A stretch of 64,000 bases of DNA, taken from NCBI GenBank assembly GCA_937125225.1, contig CAKZLE010000024.1, forward strand, positions 113,532 through 177,531, given 5' to 3'. Position 1 is the stretch's first letter; each line of letters opens with the position of its first letter. A model generated the notes under the pieces. The model was not told the DNA's origin, made no database searches, and was given only the letters and a program-made list of their open reading frames with translations. Shown piece by piece: positions 51,112 through 60,370 of the stretch. Source of the stretch: an uncultured Spirochaetia bacterium. Its GTDB lineage: Bacteria; Spirochaetota; Spirochaetia; CAKZLE01. The translations under genes and the position numbers were made by a program.

Positions 51112-54100
51112 CTACTGAGTCTTTGATAGGATCGACCTCACCTTTTGTGCAAGTCTCTTCGGGGTAAAGGGTTTTTGGATGAAATTAGCATCTTCATCTA
51201 GAATACCCTGATCTGAGATGATATCGGCAGTATAGCCTGACATATACAGATAGGAGAGTCCCGGATAGAAGGGGAGGAGCATATCAACGACCTCCCGTCC
51301 ATTGAGCTTCGGCATGATCACATCAGTGATCAGGAGGTCGATCCCTTCTGGATACTCAAAAGCGGTCTTCAAGGCATCTTGCGGGTCCTCACAGGTGATC
51401 ACCTGGTATCCTAGTCCTTCAAGGATCGAGGAGGTCAGGGAGAGGATAGCTTTCTCATCCTCTACGAGTAGGATAGTCTCCTTTCCCATCTCTAGCTCTT
51501 TCGGGACTTTTCTTGTGGCTTCTAACTTGGGAGAATCCTCGAGTCGTGGTAGATGGATCTTGATCGTCGTTCCCCTGTCTAGTTCGCTGTCTACAGAGAT
51601 GAACCCTTTATTCTGTTTTACGATTCCATAGATCATGGAGAAGCCGAGCCCGGTCCCCTTACTTCGTTCTTTCGTCGTGAAGAATGGTTCGAACAGGTGG
51701 TCTTTCGTATCTTCATCCATCCCTGACCCATTGTCAGTGACAGTCAATACTACATATTCTCCGGGTTCTCCCTCTCCTAGCAGTGCATCATAACGCTCAT
51801 CGAGGTATAGCGACTCAGTAGTGATGATGATCACCCCCGATTCGGTGATCGCATCTCGGGCATTGATACAGAGGTTGGTGAGGACCTGGTGTATCTGAGA
51901 TGGATCGATCAGTACCGGCATGATGGCCTTTCCCGGTATCCATTGTAGATCGATATCCTCACCGATAAGACGTGAGAGCATGTTCAGAAGATCCTCTATA
52001 CTGGTATTGAGATCGATAGCCTTAGGGGTGATCGTCTGCTTTCGTGCGAAGGCAAGAAGTTGTGAGGTGAGTTCAGCAGATCTCTCAGCGGCCTTATATA
52101 TCTCATGAAGGGGCACATAGAAGGGATCCTCCTCGTCAATATTTGACATAGCCATATCTGCATAGCCGATGATGACACTGAGCATATTATTGAAGTCATG
52201 AGCGACCCCACCTGCGAGCCTTCCCACAGATTCCATCTTCTGGGCCTGTACGAGTTGGTCTTTGAGGTGTTTCTGCTCCTCTTCGGCAGCTTTCAATTCC
52301 GACAGGTCCTGAAGGACTCCTTGGATCTTGATCGGTCTTCCCTCGTTATCAGTGATGATGCGGGCCTTCGAAGAGATGAATCTCTTCTCACTCCCATCCT
52401 TCGGGGTTATCGTATGTTCAAGACTGTAGGGGATATGATCGTTGATGAGTGCCTCATAGCTCTCTTTGATACGGGGGTCTTCGAAGATGAAATCCTCAAA
52501 GGAGAATTCCATGACCTGATTCTCTGGTGGAACCATCCCGTAGATCTCATAGACCTCCTGTGAACCACGGAACTCTTGTGTCAGCAAGTCGATCTCCCAG
52601 TTACCGAGGTGTGCGATATGCTGAGCCTCTCGGAGAGACTTCTCGCTTGAAGCAAGGAGCCGCTCTCCTCGCTTTCTCTCTGTGATATCGAGAACGGTGA
52701 AGATGAAGCCCTTTGAGGGGACTCCGTTCTCTAAGGGTGCTGCGCTCAAAAGGATCTCCACACGGGTCCCATCAGGTCTCATCCAGGTAGCCTCTGTCTC
52801 ACCAGGACTATACTTACAGATCTCCTGATAGGTTTTACCGGCAGTGAACAGGTAGGCCTCATCTGAGGGATAGAGCATACGTGCCGGGGCATTGATGAGC
52901 TCTTCTCTCGTATAACCAGAGATCTCACAGACACGAGGATTCACCTCTTTAAGGACCCGATCTCCATCTACTATACCGATACCTACCTGTACCAACTGAT
53001 AGATACTTCTCATCTTCTTCTCATTGTCCTTGAGGGCCAATTCAGAACGTAATCGTTTGAGAAAGTTCGATACTTGTGAGACGAACGCCTCGATGGTGTT
53101 GGTATCGATCGGTCGTGTATCTTTCTTTGTGATGAAGGTCAGGTTCCCCAATAGTTTGTCACCCTGTTTGAAGGAAATACCATACATCTTATCGATACAC
53201 AGAAGCTCTTTGAGCCGGTCACCTGTCTCATTGGTGATACGCTCATTGAGATGTTTTCTATAATCTAAAGAGAATTCGAACAGACGTCCGGAATCTCGCA
53301 GTTCTTTATACTCTTCAGAGATCGAACCGGTTATCGCGTGGTAGTCAAAGTTCAGGAGTTCATCGAGTGCAGACTCACACCCTTCGATCCCGATGAGTTC
53401 AAGGACCTCCCATCGCTGACCACTATCAGAATACCCGATAAAGGAGACGACACCTCTCTCTTCAAGGAACTCGTAGAGCTTTGTGACACTGAAGTGGTAG
53501 ACCTCTTCGAAGGTCGTGAGTCTTACGATCTCGATCGCTGTCTGTGCGAGGAAGGCCTGTCTTCGATGGCTCTCCAAGAGTTCCTCATCTGCGATCTTCT
53601 TTTCGGTGATATCTGTCACGAAACATAGATAGCGGTCATCATCTAACCGAGAGGTGATGACATTCCACCACCGCCTCTCTGCTCCTTTGATCTTGATGAC
53701 GACCTCAGAGTTCGAGTTCTTATATCTACTATTGGAATCAAAGAAGGTGTTGGCCCCCTGTACATGATCCTCAAGCACCCTATCGAGGAAATTCATGTCC
53801 AATAACTCAGATCTCGTGAATCCAGAGATCCGACAGACCTCCGCATTGGCCTCCAGAAAGTCCGCTGCGGAGTTGGTCAAGAAGACTCCTAAAGGGGCAT
53901 TATCGATATAGGTACGGTAACGAGTATCTGCCTCTTGGTTCTCGATGTGCAACTCATGTTGTTTATACTGACCATAGGTGATCTCACTGATCATCTGGGT
54001 CATATTCTGAAGAAAGTTCATGGCGATGGAGACCTCTTCTAAGGTCACTACCGGGACCTCTTCGATGGCTGCCAGGTAGGGAGCCTCCTCGAAGCCACAT

Positions 54101-54477
54101 TCTCTTGCCTGCTCTTTGAAAAAGGAGATGTCAGGTTTATCGATGAAGAACTGTCCTGAGAAGAGATTTGCGATATGTTCACCATCGATGATGATGGGGA
54201 CTACCACATCGACTAGGCCATTAAGGCACTGGTAGTAGGAGAAATGCTCTCCCTCGAGCATACTGTTTGCGAGTATGGTATCACTTGTGGTACAACGAAC
54301 AGCGGTCATTGGGTTCTTTCGATGAAACTCAGTACAGATGGCTCTCCAACCTGATTGAGATAGAATTGTTCCATTAAGATCAAGGATCGCAGTGACATAG
54401 CCGGTCAGCTCGTTGAATTGTTCGAGTAGTAGATTGATCCTGTTGAAGTCAAGAAAATCCAATTTTTTCGATATCAT
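51112..54477 (-). CDS. Hybrid sensor histidine kinase/response regulator with PocR domain (paralog of 47535-50897)
   Basis: Same architecture and colinear motifs as its neighbour. A GGAGG RBS lies 7 nt before the ATG at 54477; the track ORF begins at GTG 54501. Confidence 0.9.
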   Translation of the reverse strand: MISKKLDFLDFNRINLLLEQFNELTGYVTAILDLNGTILSQSGWRAICTEFHRKNPMTAVRCTTSDTILANSMLEGEHFSYYQCLNGLVDVVVPIIIDGEHIANLFSGQFFIDKPDISFFKEQARECGFEEAPYLAAIEEVPVVTLEEVSIAMNFLQNMTQMISEITYGQYKQHELHIENQEADTRYRTYIDNAPLGVFLTNSAADFLEANAEVCRISGFTRSELLDMNFLDRVLEDHVQGANTFFDSNSRYKNSNSEVVIKIKGAERRWWNVITSRLDDDRYLCFVTDITEKKIADEELLESHRRQAFLAQTAIEIVRLTTFEEVYHFSVTKLYEFLEERGVVSFIGYSDSGQRWEVLELIGIEGCESALDELLNFDYHAITGSISEEYKELRDSGRLFEFSLDYRKHLNERITNETGDRLKELLCIDKMYGISFKQGDKLLGNLTFITKKDTRPIDTNTIEAFVSQVSNFLKRLRSELALKDNEKKMRSIYQLVQVGIGIVDGDRVLKEVNPRVCEISGYTREELINAPARMLYPSDEAYLFTAGKTYQEICKYSPGETEATWMRPDGTRVEILLSAAPLENGVPSKGFIFTVLDITERKRGERLLASSEKSLREAQHIAHLGNWEIDLLTQEFRGSQEVYEIYGMVPPENQVMEFSFEDFIFEDPRIKESYEALINDHIPYSLEHTITPKDGSEKRFISSKARIITDNEGRPIKIQGVLQDLSELKAAEEEQKHLKDQLVQAQKMESVGRLAGGVAHDFNNMLSVIIGYADMAMSNIDEEDPFYVPLHEIYKAAERSAELTSQLLAFARKQTITPKAIDLNTSIEDLLNMLSRLIGEDIDLQWIPGKAIMPVLIDPSQIHQVLTNLCINARDAITESGVIIITTESLYLDERYDALLGEGEPGEYVVLTVTDNGSGMDEDTKDHLFEPFFTTKERSKGTGLGFSMIYGIVKQNKGFISVDSELDRGTTIKIHLPRLEDSPKLEATRKVPKELEMGKETILLVEDEKAILSLTSSILEGLGYQVITCEDPQDALKTAFEYPEGIDLLITDVIMPKLNGREVVDMLLPFYPGLSYLYMSGYTADIISDQGILDEDANFIQKPFTPKRLAQKVRSILSKTQ

Positions 54478-54652
54478 CGAAAACCCTCCAGATAGTATCA
54501 CTCATCATAACAATCATACCATGGACTTACCGATTTGGCATCTCAATTATGGGAGTTCTCTAGACCTTATCCTCTTAGGTGTCCGAGAGATACGATCCTA
54601 CGAGCCTTAGCTTGGGATCCTCTCGTGCCTGCAGGTACAAGGTGAAACTATC

Positions 54653-57202
54653 TTACGTTGCTAAGGAGTTGATGACCTGCTCTAATTGAGCGAGTAGATA
54701 GGGTTTCTTGATGCTCGCTTTGAAACCTGCTTGCAGATAGTCCTGATCCTCATAGCCGCTTGATGCGATAGCTGTTATCTCCGGAGCCCTCTTTAGGAGT
54801 TGAGAGAGCGCCTGTTTCCCACCCATCCCGTCTGGGACTGTCAGGTCGAAGATCAGGAGATCAAAAGGACTGTCTGTTTCATAGGCTTCCCAGAAGTATT
54901 CGATAGCCTCTTTCCCATCACAGGTACTCATCGATTCGTAGCCCAATACCGCCAACATCTTCATCAGGACGATCCTGATGATCTTATCGTCATCCATGAT
55001 CAGTACCCGTTGGAAACGATTGGTAGAGCTTCTATCGGTAGGGACAGGCTCCCTGCTGATCTCAGGGATACTCACGACGGTCTCTCTGAGATCTGTCGGG
55101 AGAAAGAGGGTGAATACAGACCCTATTCCCAATTCTGATTCTGCATAGATCATTCCCCGGTGTCTCTTCATGATCGAATAACTTGAAGCTAAGCCCAGGC
55201 CATTACCACTCGCCTTCGTGGTGAAATAGGGGTCGAATAGCTTCTCGAGATCTCCTTTAGTGATGCCAGCTCCCTCATCCTTGAAGCTGATCCTGGCATA
55301 GGAGCCAGCCAAGAGTCCAGGTCTCTCGTTCTGTTCCAAGGAGACTAGATCAAGTGAGATCTCAAGAGTACCACCAGAGGGGGAGGCCTGTCTTGCATTG
55401 GTGACAAGGTTGGTGAAGACCTGATCTATCTGTCCCTCATCACAGGAGACCATCAAAGGTTCTTGAGGGAGATTGAAGACCGGCTTGATATTGCTTCCTG
55501 AGAGATCGAAGGAGACCGTGTTCTGTAAGGTGCTGAGTAGGTCGACTTTAGTCTTTACCGGGGCACCCCTTTTTGAGAAGGTCAGCAGTTGTCTCGTGAG
55601 TTTTGCTGCCCGATCTAAGGCCATCTCTGTATCGTCGATATAGCCGATACTCTCATGAGTATCACCGAGTTCGAACTTGAGTAACGAGAGACTCCCATAT
55701 ATCCCGGTGAGGATATTATTGAAGTCATGGGCGATCCCTCCGGCAAGAATTCCTATACTACTCAGCTTCTCAGCTTTTAGGATCTCCTGTTCGTTATGGA
55801 TCTGATCAGTCACATCACATAGGGTCCCGACCATACGTATAGGATGACCCGTCTTATCCCGTTTGACCACCTGTCCATAGTCGTTGAACCATCTCCAGAT
55901 GCCTGTTTTTGTCATGAGTCTATGAGTATTCTCATATATGGGAGTCTCTCCGGCAAAATAAGCCTCAAGATCCCTGTTTACTGCTGGAAGGTCCTCAGGA
56001 TGGATCTTATTCTTCCACCAGCTGATATGAGGGGTCACCTCTTCGAGTCGATACCCGAGAAGCTCTGTAAGGATCCTGTTGAACTGCTCATCCCCTGAGG
56101 GGATATCCCAGTCCCATATACCGAGATGGGTACCATCAGATACGATATTCAGCTGTTTCAGGATATCATCTTTCTTTTTGATATATCTGAAGATGAAGAT
56201 ATGGGTGATCGAGAGGATCATAAATAGGATCAGGATATATATGATGATCCTCAATCTGGTACTATGAACAATATAGAGATCAAGAGACTCCGATAGGACC
56301 ACGAGATAACCGACAGCCTGTTCAGAGAAGTCTATCACCGGATAGAAGGTGAGGATATTCATCGTCTGATCAGTCTCATAGGTCAGGGAGAACTGTTCTT
56401 GTGGCACGTCATGGGAAGCTAGCTCTTGACGAATGAGTTGTTGGAACTTCTCTTTATCTTTCCCCTGAACTAGATCTCGCTGTTCGAGCCCCGAATCGAT
56501 GAGGAAATGCTCATCGACACTCCAGAGTTCGTAGTTGTCCTGCTCCTCTTCGAGGACGTTCTGTTGGACAATGGTATCATGGAGGATGAACAGAGACTCT
56601 CGTCCATAACTCTCTTCTAGCTGGTCTATGATCACCTGCATCGTGATACTCAACTCCACAGAACCCACCTGCTCATCGGCAGAGAATACGGGATAGACAA
56701 AACGGAACCCATTGAAGATCTTCCCCTCTTCAAAGCCATGTTGGGGAGTACCGGTCAAATTGACCTCCACCACAGAGGGTCTAACCCGAGAGAGGTCATC
56801 ACCATACAGCTCAGGTCGATGCATCCTCAGATAGCTGTTATTATTACGGTCATGAAAATGGACCTGTCTGAACCCATGAGCCTTCAGTACCTCATAGGTA
56901 TGTAGCAGCTGTACATACAGTTGACTTCTTAACTGCTCTTGTTGCTGTGTATCTTCTAAGAGAGCTCCTTGTGCAAAGAGATTCAGGACTTCTTCATCGC
57001 TGATCATAATACCAAAGAGGGTTCTCGTGAATTCCTGATAGTTTCGTATCGTACTGTTATATTCCTTATCTATGAGGTTAGTATGTTCAGTGAGGACGGA
57101 TTCGCAGGCCTCTTGATTCTTCGAGAGACTGAAGAGGAGTGAACACACAAGAAAGATGGCGATCACTAGATAGGTAAACATGATCTGTCGTTTTTTTATC
57201 AT
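54653..57202 (-). CDS. Hybrid sensor histidine kinase/response regulator with a periplasmic sensor (Cache-like) domain, PAS, HisKA, HATPase and REC
   Basis: Two TM segments flank an extracytoplasmic region of about 290 aa. H-box IAHDFNNILTGIYG, ATPase GNGLGLASSY, REC VLIMDDD and DLTVPDGMGG. The start is ambiguous (57202-57223); GGAG precedes 57202. Confidence 0.85.
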   Translation of the reverse strand: MIKKRQIMFTYLVIAIFLVCSLLFSLSKNQEACESVLTEHTNLIDKEYNSTIRNYQEFTRTLFGIMISDEEVLNLFAQGALLEDTQQQEQLRSQLYVQLLHTYEVLKAHGFRQVHFHDRNNNSYLRMHRPELYGDDLSRVRPSVVEVNLTGTPQHGFEEGKIFNGFRFVYPVFSADEQVGSVELSITMQVIIDQLEESYGRESLFILHDTIVQQNVLEEEQDNYELWSVDEHFLIDSGLEQRDLVQGKDKEKFQQLIRQELASHDVPQEQFSLTYETDQTMNILTFYPVIDFSEQAVGYLVVLSESLDLYIVHSTRLRIIIYILILFMILSITHIFIFRYIKKKDDILKQLNIVSDGTHLGIWDWDIPSGDEQFNRILTELLGYRLEEVTPHISWWKNKIHPEDLPAVNRDLEAYFAGETPIYENTHRLMTKTGIWRWFNDYGQVVKRDKTGHPIRMVGTLCDVTDQIHNEQEILKAEKLSSIGILAGGIAHDFNNILTGIYGSLSLLKFELGDTHESIGYIDDTEMALDRAAKLTRQLLTFSKRGAPVKTKVDLLSTLQNTVSFDLSGSNIKPVFNLPQEPLMVSCDEGQIDQVFTNLVTNARQASPSGGTLEISLDLVSLEQNERPGLLAGSYARISFKDEGAGITKGDLEKLFDPYFTTKASGNGLGLASSYSIMKRHRGMIYAESELGIGSVFTLFLPTDLRETVVSIPEISREPVPTDRSSTNRFQRVLIMDDDKIIRIVLMKMLAVLGYESMSTCDGKEAIEYFWEAYETDSPFDLLIFDLTVPDGMGGKQALSQLLKRAPEITAIASSGYEDQDYLQAGFKASIKKPYLLAQLEQVINSLAT

Positions 57203-57281
57203 CAGTACTCCATGAGTCATCACTACCTAAGGTATTTCTTAACATATCTTAACATATGCCACTATGATCACAAAGTTTTTT

Positions 57282-58760
57282 CTAACGAACTTGATTCCAA
57301 GTGACCACCGGATTTGATGAGATACTACCATCCCAAAGGGTATCCCACCCCAGAGGGGCTGCTGCCGCACCACATCTGATGGTAGAGAGTACCGAGGTAT
57401 GTGGAATATACCTATCAGAGAACAGTTTCGACCCTATGGTCGTGACTGAATCTGGGATGAATATCGTGGTAAGATTCGTACCGGTGAATGCTTGAGTCTC
57501 GATCGTGTTCAGGGTATCGGGCAAGGTGATAGCACCTAGTGAATTACAGTCGTAGAAGGCATTCGATCCGATCGCCTGGAGTGTTGTGGAGAGGTTCACC
57601 GTATTCAGGGAGGTACAGCCTGAGAACATGCTGCCCGGGATCACGGTACATTCTTGAGGGATATCGACCGAAGTGAGGCTCGTACACCTAGAGAATGTAC
57701 CCGTCTCATAGTGAGTCTCCGTGTTCTCCGGGAGACTGACTGAGGTCAAGGAGGTGCAATCGGTAAAGACATTCCTTCGGATCTGCGTGAGGGAATCGGG
57801 AATGATGATCGAGGAGAGAGCACTACAGCCTTCAAAGACTGAGTCCTCTAGCTCATCTAGCGATGGAGGAAGAGTGATCGCCTCTAAAGAGGTACAGTCC
57901 TCGAAGGCACTGAAGGCTATCTTGGTGAGGGTCGAAGTCCCAGAGAAGGTCACCGAGTTCAACGAGGAGCATCCTGAAAAGGCATGAGAACCGATAGTCT
58001 CGACATTCGGGGCGATGGTGATCGCACTAAGAGAGGTGACCCCGGTGAAAGCTCCGAAACCCAAAGAGGAAAGAGAGGGAAAGGAGGGAACACTGCTGAG
58101 GGAGGTGGCTCTCCTGAAGGCATTGCCGGCAATCTCTGTGACTCCGGCACCACCGGTGATCGTCTCTATCGTCGTATTATCTTCAAAGGCACTCGTCCCG
58201 ATCGAGGTGATCGTCGTAGGGATCTCCAAGGTCGTCAATGCACTGGCATACTTGAAGGCCCCAGCTCCAAAAGAGGTGAGTGAATCGGGGAAGGTTATAG
58301 TGTTGAGGGTATCTGAGACTATGCTTTTCAGATAGGTAACCTCTACTCCCAGATAGTATCTGGGTATCGTTAGGTCCTCTCTGGTATCTTCAGCTTCATT
58401 GGGTACATATTGTATCGTCCCCACAAGAGTGCCATAGGGTAGAGACAATCCTGGTATCTGCCAATAGGCATAGAGATCGAGATCTCCGGTACTTGAGGAG
58501 TTCACATGATAGACTCGGGTGCCACCGAGGGCATTGTCATACCAACCATAAAAGATATACCCCTCTTTTGTGGGGTAGGGAAGCGATGGATAGGTCGCTC
58601 CTCCCTCCTCGTAGGAGGTCGGTCTATCAGAGGAGATCTGAGCCCCTTCGATCCCATGGTAGGAGATGCTTCTCGTAGGACCGGAAGATGATATAAGTGA
58701 GCAGGCTGTAGTGAACACTAAGATGAGGGCAAGGAGTAGGAGCACAAGGTACTGTTTCAT
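57282..58760 (-). CDS. Surface lipoprotein: one List-Bact repeat plus BspA-type LRRs
   Basis: Lipobox VFTTAC, GYIFYGWYDN...LYAYW, then repeated LRR units (IP.S.T.IG..AF..C.SL). Confidence 0.85.
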   Translation of the reverse strand: MKQYLVLLLLALILVFTTACSLISSSGPTRSISYHGIEGAQISSDRPTSYEEGGATYPSLPYPTKEGYIFYGWYDNALGGTRVYHVNSSSTGDLDLYAYWQIPGLSLPYGTLVGTIQYVPNEAEDTREDLTIPRYYLGVEVTYLKSIVSDTLNTITFPDSLTSFGAGAFKYASALTTLEIPTTITSIGTSAFEDNTTIETITGGAGVTEIAGNAFRRATSLSSVPSFPSLSSLGFGAFTGVTSLSAITIAPNVETIGSHAFSGCSSLNSVTFSGTSTLTKIAFSAFEDCTSLEAITLPPSLDELEDSVFEGCSALSSIIIPDSLTQIRRNVFTDCTSLTSVSLPENTETHYETGTFSRCTSLTSVDIPQECTVIPGSMFSGCTSLNTVNLSTTLQAIGSNAFYDCNSLGAITLPDTLNTIETQAFTGTNLTTIFIPDSVTTIGSKLFSDRYIPHTSVLSTIRCGAAAAPLGWDTLWDGSISSNPVVTWNQVR

Positions 58761-58938
58761 GGTTCCTCCGGATAGGTCTCTTTAGGCTGGATAATTGAGT
58801 CGGTAGGTGGTTTTCCTCCTCTTATGATACACAACCAAAATCGCAAAAGCTAATAGCATGCTTATTAATGGTCTCATTGAATCTTACATGACTTCATATT
58901 ATGGAAGTGACAGGTAATAAAGTCCTACAAAAGGATTC

Positions 58939-58968
58939 TTGACGGCTGTAGTAAAGGGATTCTAGAAT
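58939..58968 (+). promoter_or_regulatory. Putative sigma70-type promoter for the 59158 gene
   Basis: TTGACG (58939-58944), an 18-nt spacer, then TAGAAT (58963-58968). Confidence 0.3.
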
Positions 58969-59157
58969 TAATCATGGGTTGATGATCTTACCGCTTGTGG
59001 GGGGAGGAGGATCATTGATTCCTGGGATCTGGAAAGAAACCACATCTGTTTGATGGCACTACCTAGATATACCATCGAATCCTTTTTATTAGTTCAAATC
59101 ACAACCCCACGAGAGGCCTTCTAACCTATAGATTGGCTTCATATCTTTGGAGGATGT

Positions 59158-60177
59158 ATGAGACGAATTATAATCATGTTTACACTTTTCATGGTCCTGT
59201 TCTTTGGTTGTATGGTAATGCCCGTAGAGGATCTGATACCGGAGAATACGAGACGGACGATCAATTTCGATGCTAATCAAGGTGAGGGAAATATGTTACC
59301 TATCTTTGTGGAACAGGGATCGACTGTTACCCTACCTCTCAATACCTTCACTAGAACAGGTATGACATTCAACGGTTGGAACACTTCATATAGTGGGACA
59401 GGAACAGCCTATGCTGATGGTGCTGAACTCATAGGAGGAGAAGCTAATGTTACCCTGGTCGCTCAATGGCAGTGGCCTCTCCATACGATCACCTTTCATG
59501 CGAATGGGGGAACGGGGACTATGGACCCACAGGTAGTAGAGCAATATAAGCAGTTCACCACTAATGCGAACACCTTCACGAGAACAGGGTACAGCTTCGT
59601 AAGATGGGATACTTCCCCTACCGATGATCGGGGAAGATATTTTCCTGGTCAGACCTACATCATGGACGAATATGATTTTGATCTCTATGCGATATGGGAG
59701 CCAAATCTCAAGCGTAAAGAATTCACTAACAATAATGTGATCAGTATTGATGTCGATCCAACGAACAGGCGGTTCATCACGATCGATTATGTTGGGGGTT
59801 TCATCTTTCAGAATTCTTCAGAGGATGCTGCTAGTCTTCAACTTCTCAGGACTAATAATGCGGTCTATTTCAAGACGACTGCATCAGCGAAGACCCAGGA
59901 GTCTCATGGTGAGGTCCCACATCTAGCTTCTGGTACTGCGATCAGTTCCACCGATTCCTGGAGTTCCTCATCTGAGCCCCTCATCTGTGGAGGCAGTTCT
60001 AGCTGGAATGTCATATCTCATGAGTTCATACCGGTAAGGATACTCAAAGACTCCTCCTGGTACCAAGGCTATCTAGAGGTCTCTTTTGATGCAAGTACTG
60101 ATGCTTTTACGATCCATTCTTTCGCCTATAAAGAGACTGCAGGAGCCTCTCTGACTGCAGGGGAGCTTGCTCCCTAG
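59158..60177 (+). CDS. Secreted or lipoprotein with 2 List-Bact repeats and an unknown C-terminal domain
   Basis: Signal/lipobox-like LFFGC. GMTFNGWNT...LVAQW and GYSFVRWDT...LYAIWE form the repeats. Confidence 0.8.
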   Translation: MRRIIIMFTLFMVLFFGCMVMPVEDLIPENTRRTINFDANQGEGNMLPIFVEQGSTVTLPLNTFTRTGMTFNGWNTSYSGTGTAYADGAELIGGEANVTLVAQWQWPLHTITFHANGGTGTMDPQVVEQYKQFTTNANTFTRTGYSFVRWDTSPTDDRGRYFPGQTYIMDEYDFDLYAIWEPNLKRKEFTNNNVISIDVDPTNRRFITIDYVGGFIFQNSSEDAASLQLLRTNNAVYFKTTASAKTQESHGEVPHLASGTAISSTDSWSSSSEPLICGGSSSWNVISHEFIPVRILKDSSWYQGYLEVSFDASTDAFTIHSFAYKETAGASLTAGELAP

Positions 60178-60200
60178 GTGAATCCCTGAGATGTAACAAA

Positions 60201-60241
60201 CCCTCTCACACCTCTTAAAGACGTGAGAGGGCTTCTTTTTG
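60201..60241 (+). terminator. Rho-independent terminator
   Basis: CCCTCTCAC (60201-60209) pairs with GTGAGAGGG (60223-60231), followed by CTTCTTTTT. Confidence 0.65.
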
Positions 60242-60370
60242 TTCTGGACTTCTTAACCTGTCTTTTCTCTTGGATAGGAAATATTTCTATACATCAGTAA
60301 GATTTCCGAGTATTATACTAACCATAATCAATAATAAAAAGTAAAGATCACATTCTTATGGGGGAAGCCT

